From an uncultured Muribaculaceae bacterium (lineage in GTDB: Bacteria > Bacteroidota > Bacteroidia > Bacteroidales > Muribaculaceae): a DNA stretch of 64,000 nt. Positions 9,551 through 20,094 of this stretch are shown piece by piece. The translations under genes and the position numbers were made by a program. The stretch is taken from contig CAYNBZ010000001.1 of assembly GCA_964395975.1 (NCBI GenBank), forward strand, positions 28,267 to 92,266, given 5' to 3'. Position 1 is the stretch's first letter; every line of letters begins with the position of its first letter. Under the pieces are notes generated by a model. That model worked only from the letters and a program-made list of their open reading frames with translations. It did no database searches and was not told the DNA's origin.

Positions 9551-9952
9551 ATGGAAACTACACGACAATCACGCATAGCACGACTGATTCAAAAGGAATT
9601 GGGTGAAATTTTCCGCCTACAGACGGCAAAATTGGGCAATATCATAATATCGGTATGTTCGGTGAGGGTTTCTCCCGACTTGAGCATTGCGCATGTGTAT
9701 CTGAGTATCTTTCCATCGGCAAAGGCTGCACTGTTGTTGCAAAATATCACCCGTAATGCCAAGACTGTGCGCTATGACTTGGCTCAACGGGTACGTTTCC
9801 AATTACGAAAAACGCCTGAATTGCTTTTCCATCTTGATGATTCGCTCGATTACATAGAGCATATCGACCAGTTACTTGAAGAAGATCGCAAGAAGCATCC
9901 GGGCAGTGCAAGCCGCATTGATGAAGATGGAGAAACAGTAGCAACTGAATGA
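9551..9952 (+). CDS. rbfA: Ribosome-binding factor A
   Basis: 133 aa. N-terminal RIARLIQKELGEIF and the following KH-like region are typical of RbfA. Confidence 0.85.
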   Translation: METTRQSRIARLIQKELGEIFRLQTAKLGNIIISVCSVRVSPDLSIAHVYLSIFPSAKAALLLQNITRNAKTVRYDLAQRVRFQLRKTPELLFHLDDSLDYIEHIDQLLEEDRKKHPGSASRIDEDGETVATE

Positions 9953-11172
9953 ATTTTGTATTTAAAGTAGCTTTACGCTACTTGAAGTCAAAAAAAACGC
10001 ACAGTGCGGTCAACATCATCTCGATAGTGTCGGTGTGCGGGGTGGCAGTCACTACTGCCGCTATGGTGTGTGTACTGTCGGTATTTAATGGATTTTCCGG
10101 ACTTATAGGAGCAAAACTTGCCAAGCTCGACCCTCCGCTTGTGATTACTTCTGCAAAAGGAAAGACAATTGCCAATGCTGATAGTGTAGCTTCAGAGGTA
10201 GTACAAATTGCAGGAGTTGCAATGGCTGTGCCGACCATTACCGAGCATGGGCTTGCAGTGTATGACGATTATCAAATGCCAGTGTTGATAAAAGGTGTGA
10301 CGGATGGGTATAACCGCTTGACCGACATCAACGATGTGATAATCGATGGTGAGTTTATGCTTGATGATGGAGTGGTGCATTATGCTGTGTTGAGTGTCGG
10401 TGTCGCTTTGCAATTAAGAACCCGTCCGGGATTTGTCGAAGGTGTTCGTATCCTTGCTCCTAAACGTATGGGGAACATCAATCTTGCCAATCCTGCCGGA
10501 GCATTTCGCTCTGATACTGTTTTTGTGGCTGGAGTGTATCAAGTGGATCAAAGTGATTATGACCGAGATATGATGATAATACCAATTTCATCGGCACGAT
10601 TCCTGTTTAATTATCAAACCGAGGCTACCGATATTGAAGTGTCGCTTGTTGCCGATGCCGACGAAACTCGTGTTATGAAAGAGATTTCTACACTGTTGGG
10701 TGATGAATTCACTGTAAAAAACCGTTTGATGCAGCAGGCTTATGCTTTCAGAATGGTCAATATTGAAAAGTGGGTTACATTTTTACTGTTGGGGTTCATC
10801 ATGGTGATAGCCACTTTCAATGTCATCAGTACTCTGTCGTTGCTTATAATAGAGAAAGATGAAAGTATTGCCACATTCCGCAATATGGGAGCTACCAATA
10901 AGCAGATAATCCGTATATTTGTCGTTGAAGGATGGCTTGTGTCGCTTACGGGTGCCGTTGCCGGCATTGTTGTTGGGCTTTTGCTGTGTTGGGTGCAACA
11001 AGCATTTGGGTTGATAGAATTGCAAGGAGCAACGGAGATGCTTGTTGTAAAAGAGTATCCTGTGGAAGTGCAACTAACCGATTTGTTTGTGGTTTTTGTT
11101 GCTGTGGCTTTGGTAGGATTGATGACTTCGCTTGTTACGTCGATAGTCATGCGTCGCAAACTCAGTCGCTAA
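9949..11172 (+). CDS. FtsX-like ABC transporter permease (LolE-like)
   Basis: 407 aa with an N-terminal TM helix, a large periplasmic loop and a C-terminal three-TM FtsX domain. Its start overlaps the rbfA stop by 4 nt (ATGA). Confidence 0.8.
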   Translation: MNFVFKVALRYLKSKKTHSAVNIISIVSVCGVAVTTAAMVCVLSVFNGFSGLIGAKLAKLDPPLVITSAKGKTIANADSVASEVVQIAGVAMAVPTITEHGLAVYDDYQMPVLIKGVTDGYNRLTDINDVIIDGEFMLDDGVVHYAVLSVGVALQLRTRPGFVEGVRILAPKRMGNINLANPAGAFRSDTVFVAGVYQVDQSDYDRDMMIIPISSARFLFNYQTEATDIEVSLVADADETRVMKEISTLLGDEFTVKNRLMQQAYAFRMVNIEKWVTFLLLGFIMVIATFNVISTLSLLIIEKDESIATFRNMGATNKQIIRIFVVEGWLVSLTGAVAGIVVGLLLCWVQQAFGLIELQGATEMLVVKEYPVEVQLTDLFVVFVAVALVGLMTSLVTSIVMRRKLSR

Positions 11173-11274
11173 GAGATTTTTATTGATTGTGTACGATTTT
11201 GGTGTCGCATTCGTGGTTGCAATGTCGTTATATTCAGGTGAACGGTGTTATTATTTTACCTGTTCTTGCCGGGT

Positions 11275-12219
11275 TTAGTATGGTTTGCGGTACTTCGATT
11301 CGTTTGCGTCATCGAGTATGCTCAAATAGCTTGTATATCGCGATTGGCTTATCAGGTTCTGATCGACAGCGTTGCGTACGGCGCATCCCGGCTCATGCGT
11401 ATGGGTGCAATTATAGTACCGACAATCGGACGATGCCCGGAATATCTCTGGAAAATAATGTGCCACTTGACCCGAGTTGAAATCGATAGTGCCAAAGCCT
11501 TTGATTCCCGGAGTGTCGATAATATAACCGCTACAGGGTAAAGGGAACATTTCAGAAAATGTGGTGGTGTGCATACCTGTGTGGTGGGATGTGCTGATGT
11601 GACCCACCTTTAGGTTGATACCCGGGATTAGCATGTTGATAATGGTTGATTTCCCAACACCTGAGTTGCCTGAAAATAGAGTTGTCTGTCCCGATGCAAG
11701 TTGCAAGATTCGGTCGATGCCTTCATGTTTGGCATCGTTGGTGGCCGACATCATTATCACGTCATAGCCTATGGTGGTGTACAGATGGCGTAAAGCAACG
11801 GCATATTGAAGTTCTTCGTTGTCAAGCAGGTCTATTTTGTTTATTACAATAACGGACTTGATTCCGTAGGCCTCGGCTGTGGCAAGGAAGCGGTCGATGA
11901 ATGTTGTACTTGTTTCTGGCTCTTTTACGGTAACAATAAGGAAAGCCATATCAATGTTGGCTGCAATGATGTGAGACTCTTTCGACAGGTTGCTTGCTTT
12001 GCGTATTATGTAGTTGCGTCGTTCGTCTATAGCCGTGATGAAAGCTGTGCCATCGGTGGCAGTGGGAGAGATTTCCACATTGTCGCCCACGGCTACGGGA
12101 TTGGTAGTGCGTATTCCTTTCAGGCGGAAATTTCCCTTGATTTTACAATTTATGGTGTCGCCTTGGAGTGTTTTTACAACATACCAACTACCGGTATTTT
12201 TTATAACCAATCCTTTCAT
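11275..12219 (-). CDS. rsgA: Ribosome small-subunit-dependent GTPase A
   Basis: Motifs: [12 protein letters not shown] (G1), NKIDL, zinc-finger region [17 protein letters not shown] prefer the start at [15 protein letters not shown] (12219) over the upstream extension to 12258. Confidence 0.85.
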   Translation of the reverse strand: MKGLVIKNTGSWYVVKTLQGDTINCKIKGNFRLKGIRTTNPVAVGDNVEISPTATDGTAFITAIDERRNYIIRKASNLSKESHIIAANIDMAFLIVTVKEPETSTTFIDRFLATAEAYGIKSVIVINKIDLLDNEELQYAVALRHLYTTIGYDVIMMSATNDAKHEGIDRILQLASGQTTLFSGNSGVGKSTIINMLIPGINLKVGHISTSHHTGMHTTTFSEMFPLPCSGYIIDTPGIKGFGTIDFNSGQVAHYFPEIFRASSDCRYYNCTHTHEPGCAVRNAVDQNLISQSRYTSYLSILDDANESKYRKPY

Positions 12220-12263
12220 CTTGGTGGCAAAGTTAGTGTAACGTAATTGTAAAAACAAATTTT

Positions 12264-13205
12264 TTACAATTGCGGCTTGATGATTGATGCATTACGGCGA
12301 AGTCCTTCAAGTCGTGTGCGACGTATTGCACTGTGGGCAAAAAGATGGCGAAACCGCGAAGGTGTCATTGTGATAATCTCTTTGATGGTTAGATTCAGAA
12401 ATTCGGCTGATGGGTTGAAATCTGAAATGTCAGTTGGTTGTGCATTTTGATTATGCGGGCAAACGAGTTGGCATGTATCGCATCCGTAAACACGATTGCC
12501 GACCACTTTATCCACCCATTCGGGTAATACACCGCGACGTTCTATAAGTTGGCAAGACAGGCATCGCCGGGCATCGAGTGCTGTTCCCCCTTGCAGCGCG
12601 TTTCCGGGACAGGCTTCTTCGCAACGATGACAATTGCCGCATGAGAGTGTACATTGACTGTCGGGTGGAACATCAAGTGTGGAAACAAGTTCGCCAAGAA
12701 AAAAGAATGAGCCTCGTTTCGGTATGATTAGATTGTTGTTACGCCCGATGAATCCTATCCCGGCTTTGAAAGCCCAATATCGTTCACGGAGTGGTGCTGT
12801 ATCGACGCATGGGCGTGATTTGCAACCTGTTTCCTGCTCAATGAATGAAGCAAGGCGATATAAACGTTCCTTTACTACCTCATGATAATCACGTCCGTAG
12901 GCATATAGCGCAAATTGTGGAGCATCGGCCGGTTGATGGATTTGCGGCAGATAATTTATTGCCGTGCAGATGATTGTTTTAGCTCCATCGAGCAGCAGTC
13001 GAGGGTCGTTACGTTCATTGCAATAACGGGCAGTGTAGTGCATGCAATCGTTATATTTCGCAGCAATCCAGTGTTCATACTGATCCACTGCCCATTGCTC
13101 TACAGGCTCGGCTCGTGCAAAACCACATGCGTCAAAACCGAGTGATAAGGTTTTTAGCCGTATGTGTTCACGTAATTTATGGCTCGATAAGTGGTAGGAA
13201 CTCAT
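12264..13205 (-). CDS. queG: tRNA epoxyqueuosine(34) reductase
   Basis: 313 aa with two ferredoxin-type Cys clusters ([21 protein letters not shown]) and a QueG-like N-terminal region. Confidence 0.85.
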   Translation of the reverse strand: MSSYHLSSHKLREHIRLKTLSLGFDACGFARAEPVEQWAVDQYEHWIAAKYNDCMHYTARYCNERNDPRLLLDGAKTIICTAINYLPQIHQPADAPQFALYAYGRDYHEVVKERLYRLASFIEQETGCKSRPCVDTAPLRERYWAFKAGIGFIGRNNNLIIPKRGSFFFLGELVSTLDVPPDSQCTLSCGNCHRCEEACPGNALQGGTALDARRCLSCQLIERRGVLPEWVDKVVGNRVYGCDTCQLVCPHNQNAQPTDISDFNPSAEFLNLTIKEIITMTPSRFRHLFAHSAIRRTRLEGLRRNASIIKPQL

Positions 13206-13794
13206 AATCTTGTTTCAATAGCCATTCTATGGCACGAGGCAGGGCATATTTCATGTTGGTTTCGGCTTTCAAGGAATCGTGAAATACTATGATTGACCCG
13301 TTACGTGCATATCGTTTCACGTTCCTAAACACCTGTTCGCCCGTGAGTTTGCGGTTGTAGTCGCGTGTCACAAGGTCATACATAACTATGTTGTAATGAT
13401 TTTTTAGCAATCGAGCCGTTCCCCATCGCATTATGCCGTGGGGAGGTCGGAACAGAGTAGAGCCGATTAGTTCTTCGGCCTCTTTGACATTGCGCAAGTA
13501 GGTGCGGGTTGTTACAAGAGAGCTTTGTACATGGCTCATAGTGTGGTTGCCCACGCTGTGTCCCCTGCGCCTGAGTTCTTGAAACAGGTCGGGATTGCGC
13601 AGCACGTTTTCGCCTACGCAGAAAAAAGTTGCTTTTATGCAGTAACGGTCGAGTGTGTCGAGTACCCAAGGTGTGACTTCTGGTATCGGGCCATCGTCAA
13701 ATGTGAGGTACACGGCCTTTTTCTTACGTTTAAGCCGCCAAATAGCTTCGGGGAAAAGCATACGGTATAGTAATGGAGGTCGTTCGATTAACAT
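13177..13794 (-). CDS. Polysaccharide deacetylase (NodB homology, CE4) family protein
   Basis: Motifs: YLTFDDGP, ATFFCVGENV, GHSVGNHTMSH. I prefer the start at MLIERPP (13794). The 3' end overlaps the queG start by 29 nt. Confidence 0.8.
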   Translation of the reverse strand: MLIERPPLLYRMLFPEAIWRLKRKKKAVYLTFDDGPIPEVTPWVLDTLDRYCIKATFFCVGENVLRNPDLFQELRRRGHSVGNHTMSHVQSSLVTTRTYLRNVKEAEELIGSTLFRPPHGIMRWGTARLLKNHYNIVMYDLVTRDYNRKLTGEQVFRNVKRYARNGSIIVFHDSLKAETNMKYALPRAIEWLLKQDYEFLPLIEP

Positions 13795-13881
13795 ATATAT
13801 TTCCTTATGATAATGCCGCACTACGCGGTCATTTGAACGCAAAAGTGCGGCATTACGTGTAACTTTTGATTTTAGTTATTG

Positions 13882-16800
13882 TTATTTTCTTTGCCTGAAT
13901 TGTATTTGTCTGGTAAGATTCATCCCTCTTGCTTCAAGAGCCTTGACCTTGTTCTCAGTCTGTTCGTCGGTGGCAATTACGCTATACCAGTCAAGCAAGT
14001 CCATAACATAATGTTGGTCTATGTACTGGTCGTTGTAAGACAATCGGCGATAGTCGTTAAGATCGAGTGACTGGCAGAATATTGCATATTGAGCATATCG
14101 GTCGATTTCCCTGTCGAGTATGTCGAGAGCCTTTTGTGTGTCGGCTTCGCTTTGGCATTCCTCGCCAATCAAGGCATAAGCCTGTGCAATACGTTGGCCA
14201 ATCTGTATAGAGTATGGCGCAGATGCTTCGGGCAGTTTTTCAACCATCAGGTCAAGCACCTCGCGAGCCTTGTCGTATTTGCCTTCATAGATTAAAGCAA
14301 GGGCAAGGTCGGTAATGGTGGAACGTGTTGTTGTGACCATGCGGCTTACTGTTTCATCGAGGTATAAATGTCCGTCTTTATCTTTGTCGAGTCCGCCCCA
14401 ACGGAATTTGTTGACCACATTGTCATACATTTTGTCGGTGTTGACTGCTATGGCTCCGGAACTATTGTTGGAGCGTATCGGCGTGAGTTGGTAGGCCATA
14501 CCGGTACATTGCAAGTATGGCGACAGACCGAGATAGTAGCTTTCCGGTACTGTCATTGCGAAGTAAACAGGGCGTTTCCATCCTTCATTTATGCTCGATG
14601 ATATTATGTCGAGACTCATCACTTTGCTCGAAGACATCGCCATTTCCCGTGCAGTGTATTGGTCGGCAAGCATGTTGCAACTTATGGATTCATTGATGGC
14701 TGCTGCGTGTTTGGGACTTACGACACCGGCATCTACCACTGCCTGTGAGTCAACAGGGATGTACATCACAGGATATTTTATTTCTGGCAATTGCCATTCA
14801 TTGCTTTTGTTTTCGTTGGAGTAGTATTGCCGCAGAGAAACTTGCACCGGAACAGGCATAGTGTCGGGGTATATGAAATACCCGTACTGCCGACTATTGT
14901 AGGCGAATGTTGAAGCGTCTGCCATCATGGGTAAAGAGGCCGATTCATAGGCCGGCCGGCGCATTTGGTCGATATACCAGTCGGTGGACAAGTAGCTGAG
15001 GTTTACGACACGTACATCGGTACGATATCCTTCCACTTCTTGGCAATACCACAAGGGGAATGTATCATTGTCACCGTTTGTGAATATGATACCATTTTCA
15101 TCGACGCTCGACAGATAGTTCATACCGAAGTCGCGTGTTGTATATCGACCGGAACGGTCGTGGTCGTCCCATGTTTGGCTCACCATCTGCAAAGGAACAA
15201 TAAGCCCTATGATACAGGCTATAATAGCTACTGTAATACTTTTTTTGCTGTTAATCAGTTCATTGGTGTCAGTATCATTGATTGATGATTTTGATGCAAC
15301 GTTATGACCATTCTTCTTTTTACTTAAAAGGAATATCAGGGTTTTCCATAGTCCGGCTACACCCATTCCCACCCAGATGGCAAATGCGTAGAACGAACCG
15401 GCAAAAGAATAATCACGTTCACGTGGCTGATTGGGCGTTTGGTTAAGGTATATCACAATGGCGATACCGGTCATGAAAAACAAGAAGAATATAACCCAAA
15501 ACTGTTCAATACCACGCTTGTCGGTGAAAGCTTGCCACAATAGGCCGATTATGCCGAGTAGCAGTGGTAGGAAATAGAACACATTATGCCCCTTGTTGCC
15601 AGTGGATAGTTCAGACGGCAAAAGCGATTGGTCGCCAAGTCGTGGATTGTCGATAAACGAGATACCGCTCACCCAGTTGCCATGAGTGATCTCTCCTTGG
15701 CCTTGTATGTCGTTCTGCCTGCCGACAAAATTCCACATGAAGTACCGCCAATACATATAATTGAGTTGGTAGTCAATGAAGAATCGCAGGTTTTCGAGCA
15801 TCGTCGGCTTGACTTTCGTTTCGGTTCTTATAGGCTTGCCTTGTTCGTCGATTTGCGTGGTGGCTTCCACTTGTCTTCCTTTCAATCCTACCCAATCGCG
15901 ATATTGTGTGGCATGAGCAGAGCTGTATATGCGTGGGAAGAGCATTTTCATTTCGGGCGAATATTCGTAACTTTCCGAATAACCGATGGCTTTATAACGG
16001 TCGGGTTGGTCGGGTGATGTTTTGACTTCTTTTGCATATAGTGTTTTGCCTCGGTGTGTCACAGGTTTCAGTACATCACTGCCCGGTTGACGTTGGTAAA
16101 CAATAGGAGCATTTAACGTTTGACCATAGAACAGAGGACGGTCGCCATATTGTTCACGGTTAAGGTAGCTGGCAAGGGCAAACACATTATCGGGTGAATT
16201 TTGATCCATAGGCGTTTGTGCCGATGAACGTATCAGAATCAAGGCATACGATGAATAACCGATGAAAATTACAAGTATGCTGAGTACTGTGATTGAGAAT
16301 ATGCGTGCAGGAATGCGGCGGCACCACCTAAACAGGTAGAGCAGCAATGCCACGATAAGCACGAATGGCAGGAACCAGCCATCGCCGATGAATAGCATTC
16401 CCGAAAGGAATACGCTCAGAAAGAACGATAGCTTGATAGCTGTTGGGTTTTTTTGCCGATAAAGTTCATAAAGGCACCAAATAAACACGCCAATTACGGC
16501 AATTGCGTAGATGAGTACACCGGTGTTGAACGGCATCCCTATTACGTTGACACAATACAGTTCGATGTATTGTGCCATTTCGATGAAGCCCGGGACAAGA
16601 CCGTAAAGGATAAGTACAATAATGCCGAACGAAACAAGCAGTGCCAATAATGACCCCTTGACAGATGTATTATTAAATTTCTTGTAATAGAAAACAAGCA
16701 CTATTGCAGGTATGCAAAGCAGGTTGAGCAGATGGACTGCTATTGAAACGCCTATTACGTAGGCTATCAGTATCAGATAACGGTCGCTATGTGGCTCTTC

Positions 16801-17307
16801 GGCACGGTTCTCCCATTTTAGAATGAGCCAAAAGACGAGAGCTGTGCAGAATGATGAGAAGGCATATACCTCGCCTTCAACAGCCGAAAACCAGAATGTA
16901 TCGCTCCATGTATAGACGAGTGAGCCGGCAATTCCACTGCCAAAGATGACAAGCATTTGCACCAAAGAAAAACTTTTGGTATCATCCTTTGCCACAAGCC
17001 TTCTGACGAGATGCGTAATGGTCCAGAATAACAACAGTATGGTGGCTGCACTGAGCAATGCCGACATGGAATTGACACACATTGCCACAGTCGATGGGTC
17101 GCTGCTGAAATTAATGGCAAATCGTGCTGCCAACATGAAAATTGGGTTGCCTGGCGGGTGGCCAACTTCGAGCTTGTAACCTTGTGAAATAAATTCGCCG
17201 CAGTCCCAGAAACTTGCGGTCGGCTCGATGGTCATTAGGTAAGTAGCGGCTGCAATCGCAAACATTAACCATCCGAGAGCATTGTTTAGAATGTTGAAAT
17301 TTTTCAT
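13882..17307 (-). CDS. DUF2723-family giant polytopic membrane protein (GT-C-like glycosyltransferase fold suspected) with a C-terminal TPR-like region
   Basis: The N-terminal LNNALGWLMF...TIEPTASFWDCGEFISQGYKLEVGHPPGNP is the DUF2723 signature, and there are many TM helices. I chose the start at MKNFNIL (17307) because the ORF's TTG at 17340 lies upstream of the predicted transcription start. The ATG at 17328 is an alternative. Confidence 0.75.
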   Translation of the reverse strand: MKNFNILNNALGWLMFAIAAATYLMTIEPTASFWDCGEFISQGYKLEVGHPPGNPIFMLAARFAINFSSDPSTVAMCVNSMSALLSAATILLLFWTITHLVRRLVAKDDTKSFSLVQMLVIFGSGIAGSLVYTWSDTFWFSAVEGEVYAFSSFCTALVFWLILKWENRAEEPHSDRYLILIAYVIGVSIAVHLLNLLCIPAIVLVFYYKKFNNTSVKGSLLALLVSFGIIVLILYGLVPGFIEMAQYIELYCVNVIGMPFNTGVLIYAIAVIGVFIWCLYELYRQKNPTAIKLSFFLSVFLSGMLFIGDGWFLPFVLIVALLLYLFRWCRRIPARIFSITVLSILVIFIGYSSYALILIRSSAQTPMDQNSPDNVFALASYLNREQYGDRPLFYGQTLNAPIVYQRQPGSDVLKPVTHRGKTLYAKEVKTSPDQPDRYKAIGYSESYEYSPEMKMLFPRIYSSAHATQYRDWVGLKGRQVEATTQIDEQGKPIRTETKVKPTMLENLRFFIDYQLNYMYWRYFMWNFVGRQNDIQGQGEITHGNWVSGISFIDNPRLGDQSLLPSELSTGNKGHNVFYFLPLLLGIIGLLWQAFTDKRGIEQFWVIFFLFFMTGIAIVIYLNQTPNQPRERDYSFAGSFYAFAIWVGMGVAGLWKTLIFLLSKKKNGHNVASKSSINDTDTNELINSKKSITVAIIACIIGLIVPLQMVSQTWDDHDRSGRYTTRDFGMNYLSSVDENGIIFTNGDNDTFPLWYCQEVEGYRTDVRVVNLSYLSTDWYIDQMRRPAYESASLPMMADASTFAYNSRQYGYFIYPDTMPVPVQVSLRQYYSNENKSNEWQLPEIKYPVMYIPVDSQAVVDAGVVSPKHAAAINESISCNMLADQYTAREMAMSSSKVMSLDIISSSINEGWKRPVYFAMTVPESYYLGLSPYLQCTGMAYQLTPIRSNNSSGAIAVNTDKMYDNVVNKFRWGGLDKDKDGHLYLDETVSRMVTTTRSTITDLALALIYEGKYDKAREVLDLMVEKLPEASAPYSIQIGQRIAQAYALIGEECQSEADTQKALDILDREIDRYAQYAIFCQSLDLNDYRRLSYNDQYIDQHYVMDLLDWYSVIATDEQTENKVKALEARGMNLTRQIQFRQRK

Positions 17308-17344
17308 TCGCTGTGCGTTATGCTGCATAATTTTATTCAAGTTG

Positions 17345-17352
17345 CAAATATA
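17345..17352 (-). promoter_or_regulatory. -7 promoter box (TATATTTG on minus strand)
   Basis: Matches TAnnTTTG immediately upstream of the DUF2723 gene. Confidence 0.45.
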
Positions 17353-17555
17353 GTGCTTAAAACTTGCACAGAAAGCAGCTTCGTATATATTTTAGGCTTT
17401 TTTACAATACAGAGTATGGTTGGTAGAGACTTACAATGCCAATTGTAGTGGGTAAGCAGAAAAAATCGGCGCATTTTGACATGCGGTTTTGCTGTGCCGT
17501 CGTGTGGCATGATTGTTGTCGTATTAATAGAAGTAACGTTATATATCACCCGATT

Positions 17556-18791
17556 ATGGAAATTTCTGTAAAAGACTTCATGCTCAAGCAACCTAATTAT
17601 CCGGAGGTTGCCGAAAGTGATAAATATTATATGACGCTTGCAGGAAGGTTGGCTAAAATTTGGGATAATTCCCGTCTGTTGATGAACATTGGTGAAGATG
17701 TACGTCGTGACGTGGTGCTTGCCGTAACAGGCTATTTCCAAGACATTATAGCCGATGCCGGAATATGGAGGTCGTTCTCGACGGTCTGCTATAAGTTATA
17801 TGGCTACCCTTTACCATTTTTCGACCGTCCGGATGATTATGTGGACAGTGAGCTTAATCTTGTTGATGTGCAATTTGTTATTTGGTATATTATTGACAGT
17901 GAAAGTGGGATTCACGGCAGGTTGTCGCCATTCGACAAAGATGTGGCAAGACTCGCACAGTTGTTTTATAGTTTGCTTGATGCCGTATATGAAGAAGCTC
18001 CCACTCCTGTAGAGTACAATATGGCGTTTGATGTCGATTTCAAAGACGAACAAGATACTGAAAAGGCATACGACCTGTCTCACTGGCTCTTTTGGAATTG
18101 CTATTTTCTACGTCCGGCAGCAACAAGCACTTTGCAGATGGCAGCAGTACAAGCGCAGGATATAATACAGGCTTATCCGGACAAAGAAGAAGCACAGCAA
18201 CACTTGTTGGAAATGAATCGCCGATTGATGGTCGAAAACACTACAGGACCGTTATCGCTGTCAATTGGAGAGTGGATGGAACTTATAGTTGACGGCAAGA
18301 TGCCGCATTTGGATGAAATTACAGATGTAGTACAGGAAGGCGAGCATCGCTTTTACCGACAACTTATTAGTGCCACGGATGGCAGCCGTATTGCATTTGT
18401 CAAAGGTTATGAGGGGCTTGAACGGTTCGTGAGTGAACGGATGGGTTGGGGTAAGTCCGAGAATGGGCATCTTCCTGGCATGAAGCATTTCGACAATTTT
18501 GTGCTGCTCGGTAATCCACGTCGAGGGTTGTTGATAGCCCACGATGTGGCTCAATATATAAATCATCCTGACAATCCCATGTATGATGCCGAAACAGCAA
18601 AGCGTGAGGCACACCGCATTATAACAGAACGTGGAGTGGCTCCTATCGATCTCATAAAATACCTTTTTGAGAATGATTTACTGCCTGATGCCCGACTACC
18701 TTTCGAAATGGGTTGCGAGCGGTCGTTGTTGCATGAGAATTGGGATTTTCTTGCGCGGTTGTATCTTCAGACACATTATCGTGGCGACTAA
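17556..18791 (+). CDS. Conserved hypothetical cytoplasmic protein (possibly DUF3843-like; family name from memory only)
   Basis: Long ORF with normal composition, no signal peptide and no TM helix. I prefer the start at MEISVKDF (17556). I recognise no catalytic motif. Confidence 0.6.
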   Translation: MEISVKDFMLKQPNYPEVAESDKYYMTLAGRLAKIWDNSRLLMNIGEDVRRDVVLAVTGYFQDIIADAGIWRSFSTVCYKLYGYPLPFFDRPDDYVDSELNLVDVQFVIWYIIDSESGIHGRLSPFDKDVARLAQLFYSLLDAVYEEAPTPVEYNMAFDVDFKDEQDTEKAYDLSHWLFWNCYFLRPAATSTLQMAAVQAQDIIQAYPDKEEAQQHLLEMNRRLMVENTTGPLSLSIGEWMELIVDGKMPHLDEITDVVQEGEHRFYRQLISATDGSRIAFVKGYEGLERFVSERMGWGKSENGHLPGMKHFDNFVLLGNPRRGLLIAHDVAQYINHPDNPMYDAETAKREAHRIITERGVAPIDLIKYLFENDLLPDARLPFEMGCERSLLHENWDFLARLYLQTHYRGD

Positions 18792-18816
18792 GCATTGCTA
18801 TTCTGTGTAAACTGTA

Positions 18817-18824
18817 TAATTTTG
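18817..18824 (+). promoter_or_regulatory. -7 promoter box (TAATTTTG)
   Basis: Matches TAnnTTTG, 44 nt upstream of the ATG at 18868. Confidence 0.4.
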
Positions 18825-18867
18825 TAACCGTAAAAGATAAGTGAAGTTCTGCGTTATAATACGACAA

Positions 18868-20094
18868 ATGACACGGTTTGTACTCAGGATATATGTTTTA
18901 ATATTTACGATGTTGATGTCAGCATCGGTGGATATGTCTGCTTCGAATGATGTCGGAATCGGTGGATATGAGTTGCAGGACAGCAATGTTGTGGCAAGCC
19001 TAATTACGTGTTATCCGGGACCTGATGTATATGAACTTTATGGACATACAATGTTGAGGATGCGGTATAAGAATGTCGATATAGTGTATAACTATGGCAT
19101 TTTTGATTTCGACACACCCAATTTTATTTATCGATTTGTAAAAGGGGATACCGATTATAAGGTTGCAGGATATAATGGTGCATATTTACTTGACGGATAT
19201 CGTTCGCGCAAGGTGGTCGAACAGCAATTGAATCTCACGCCAAGTCAGGCAATGTGCATTTGGGCAGCTCTTGATAACAATGTTCGTCCGGAGAATGCCA
19301 CCTATCGATACAATTATGTATATGATAATTGTGCCACTCGACCAAGGGATATAGTCGAAAGAGTACTTGGCGATAAGTTACATTATGGCGAGATGCACGA
19401 CACATTGACTTTCAGGCAGGAAATGCAGCAGTATAATGCCAATTATGCGTGGCAGCAATTTGGAATAGACCTTGTTCTTGGTCAAGGCATCGATTATAAG
19501 TTGACTTACCGCGAACAGATGTTTGTCCCTATGGTGCTGATGCAGGCGTTTGCCGAGGCTTGTGTGGAGCGTGACGGGCAAATAGAACCGCTTGTATCAA
19601 ATACGGTAGTGCTGAACAACGGCAATGATAGCGGTGACATATTGCCGCCTACGCCGGTGTGGCAGACTCCTATGACAGTGGCGATAGTGTTGCTTGTTAT
19701 CACGATAGCCCTGTCGTGGCGAGATGTGCGTCGTGGCAAGGTGTGCCGGTGTTTCGACAGTTTGCTGTTTGGCATAGTGGGAGTGTGCGGATTGCTTGTG
19801 TTTTTCTTGATATTCATTTCCACCCATGCTGCTACGTCGCCTAATTTCAATGGTTTCTGGTTGCATCCTTTTGCATTTGTTCCTGCAATATTTGTTTGGA
19901 CAAAAAAGACAAAAAAACTGTTATATTTCTATCATTTTGTTAACTTTGCGGTCGTTATTTTGTTACTTATTGTATGGCCGCTGTTGGCACAAGCAGCCAA
20001 TATGGCAGCTTTCCCTTTAATGCTATGTATTGCAACGAGGTCGTTAAGCTACGTGTGGATTAGTAGAGAACAATGCATAAAGCCAAGCAAATAA
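18868..20094 (+). CDS. DUF4105 (Lnb N-terminal periplasmic domain) protein with a C-terminal multi-TM region
   Basis: Signal/anchor sequence, then the CYPGPDVYELYGHTMLRM motif typical of DUF4105, then at least 4 predicted TM helices in the C-terminal third. I prefer the ATG at 18868 over the GTG at 18841. Confidence 0.7.
   Translation: MTRFVLRIYVLIFTMLMSASVDMSASNDVGIGGYELQDSNVVASLITCYPGPDVYELYGHTMLRMRYKNVDIVYNYGIFDFDTPNFIYRFVKGDTDYKVAGYNGAYLLDGYRSRKVVEQQLNLTPSQAMCIWAALDNNVRPENATYRYNYVYDNCATRPRDIVERVLGDKLHYGEMHDTLTFRQEMQQYNANYAWQQFGIDLVLGQGIDYKLTYREQMFVPMVLMQAFAEACVERDGQIEPLVSNTVVLNNGNDSGDILPPTPVWQTPMTVAIVLLVITIALSWRDVRRGKVCRCFDSLLFGIVGVCGLLVFFLIFISTHAATSPNFNGFWLHPFAFVPAIFVWTKKTKKLLYFYHFVNFAVVILLLIVWPLLAQAANMAAFPLMLCIATRSLSYVWISREQCIKPSK

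Noticed and set aside
11187-11541. Two overlapping plus-strand ORFs (97 and 98 aa) downstream of the lolE-like gene
   Set aside because: Both overlap the 3' end of rsgA on the opposite strand. Neither has a recognisable motif or a promoter box.
17308-17340. N-terminal ORF extensions starting at non-ATG codons or upstream of promoter boxes (DUF2723 at 17340, also 18841, 49727, 55478, 6478, 12258, 13842, 28959, 37860, 42424, 60690, 63067)
   Set aside because: These are artefacts of the longest-ORF track. Internal ATGs agree better with family N-termini, with signal peptides and with the position of TAnnTTTG boxes. Alternative starts remain possible and are noted in the features.
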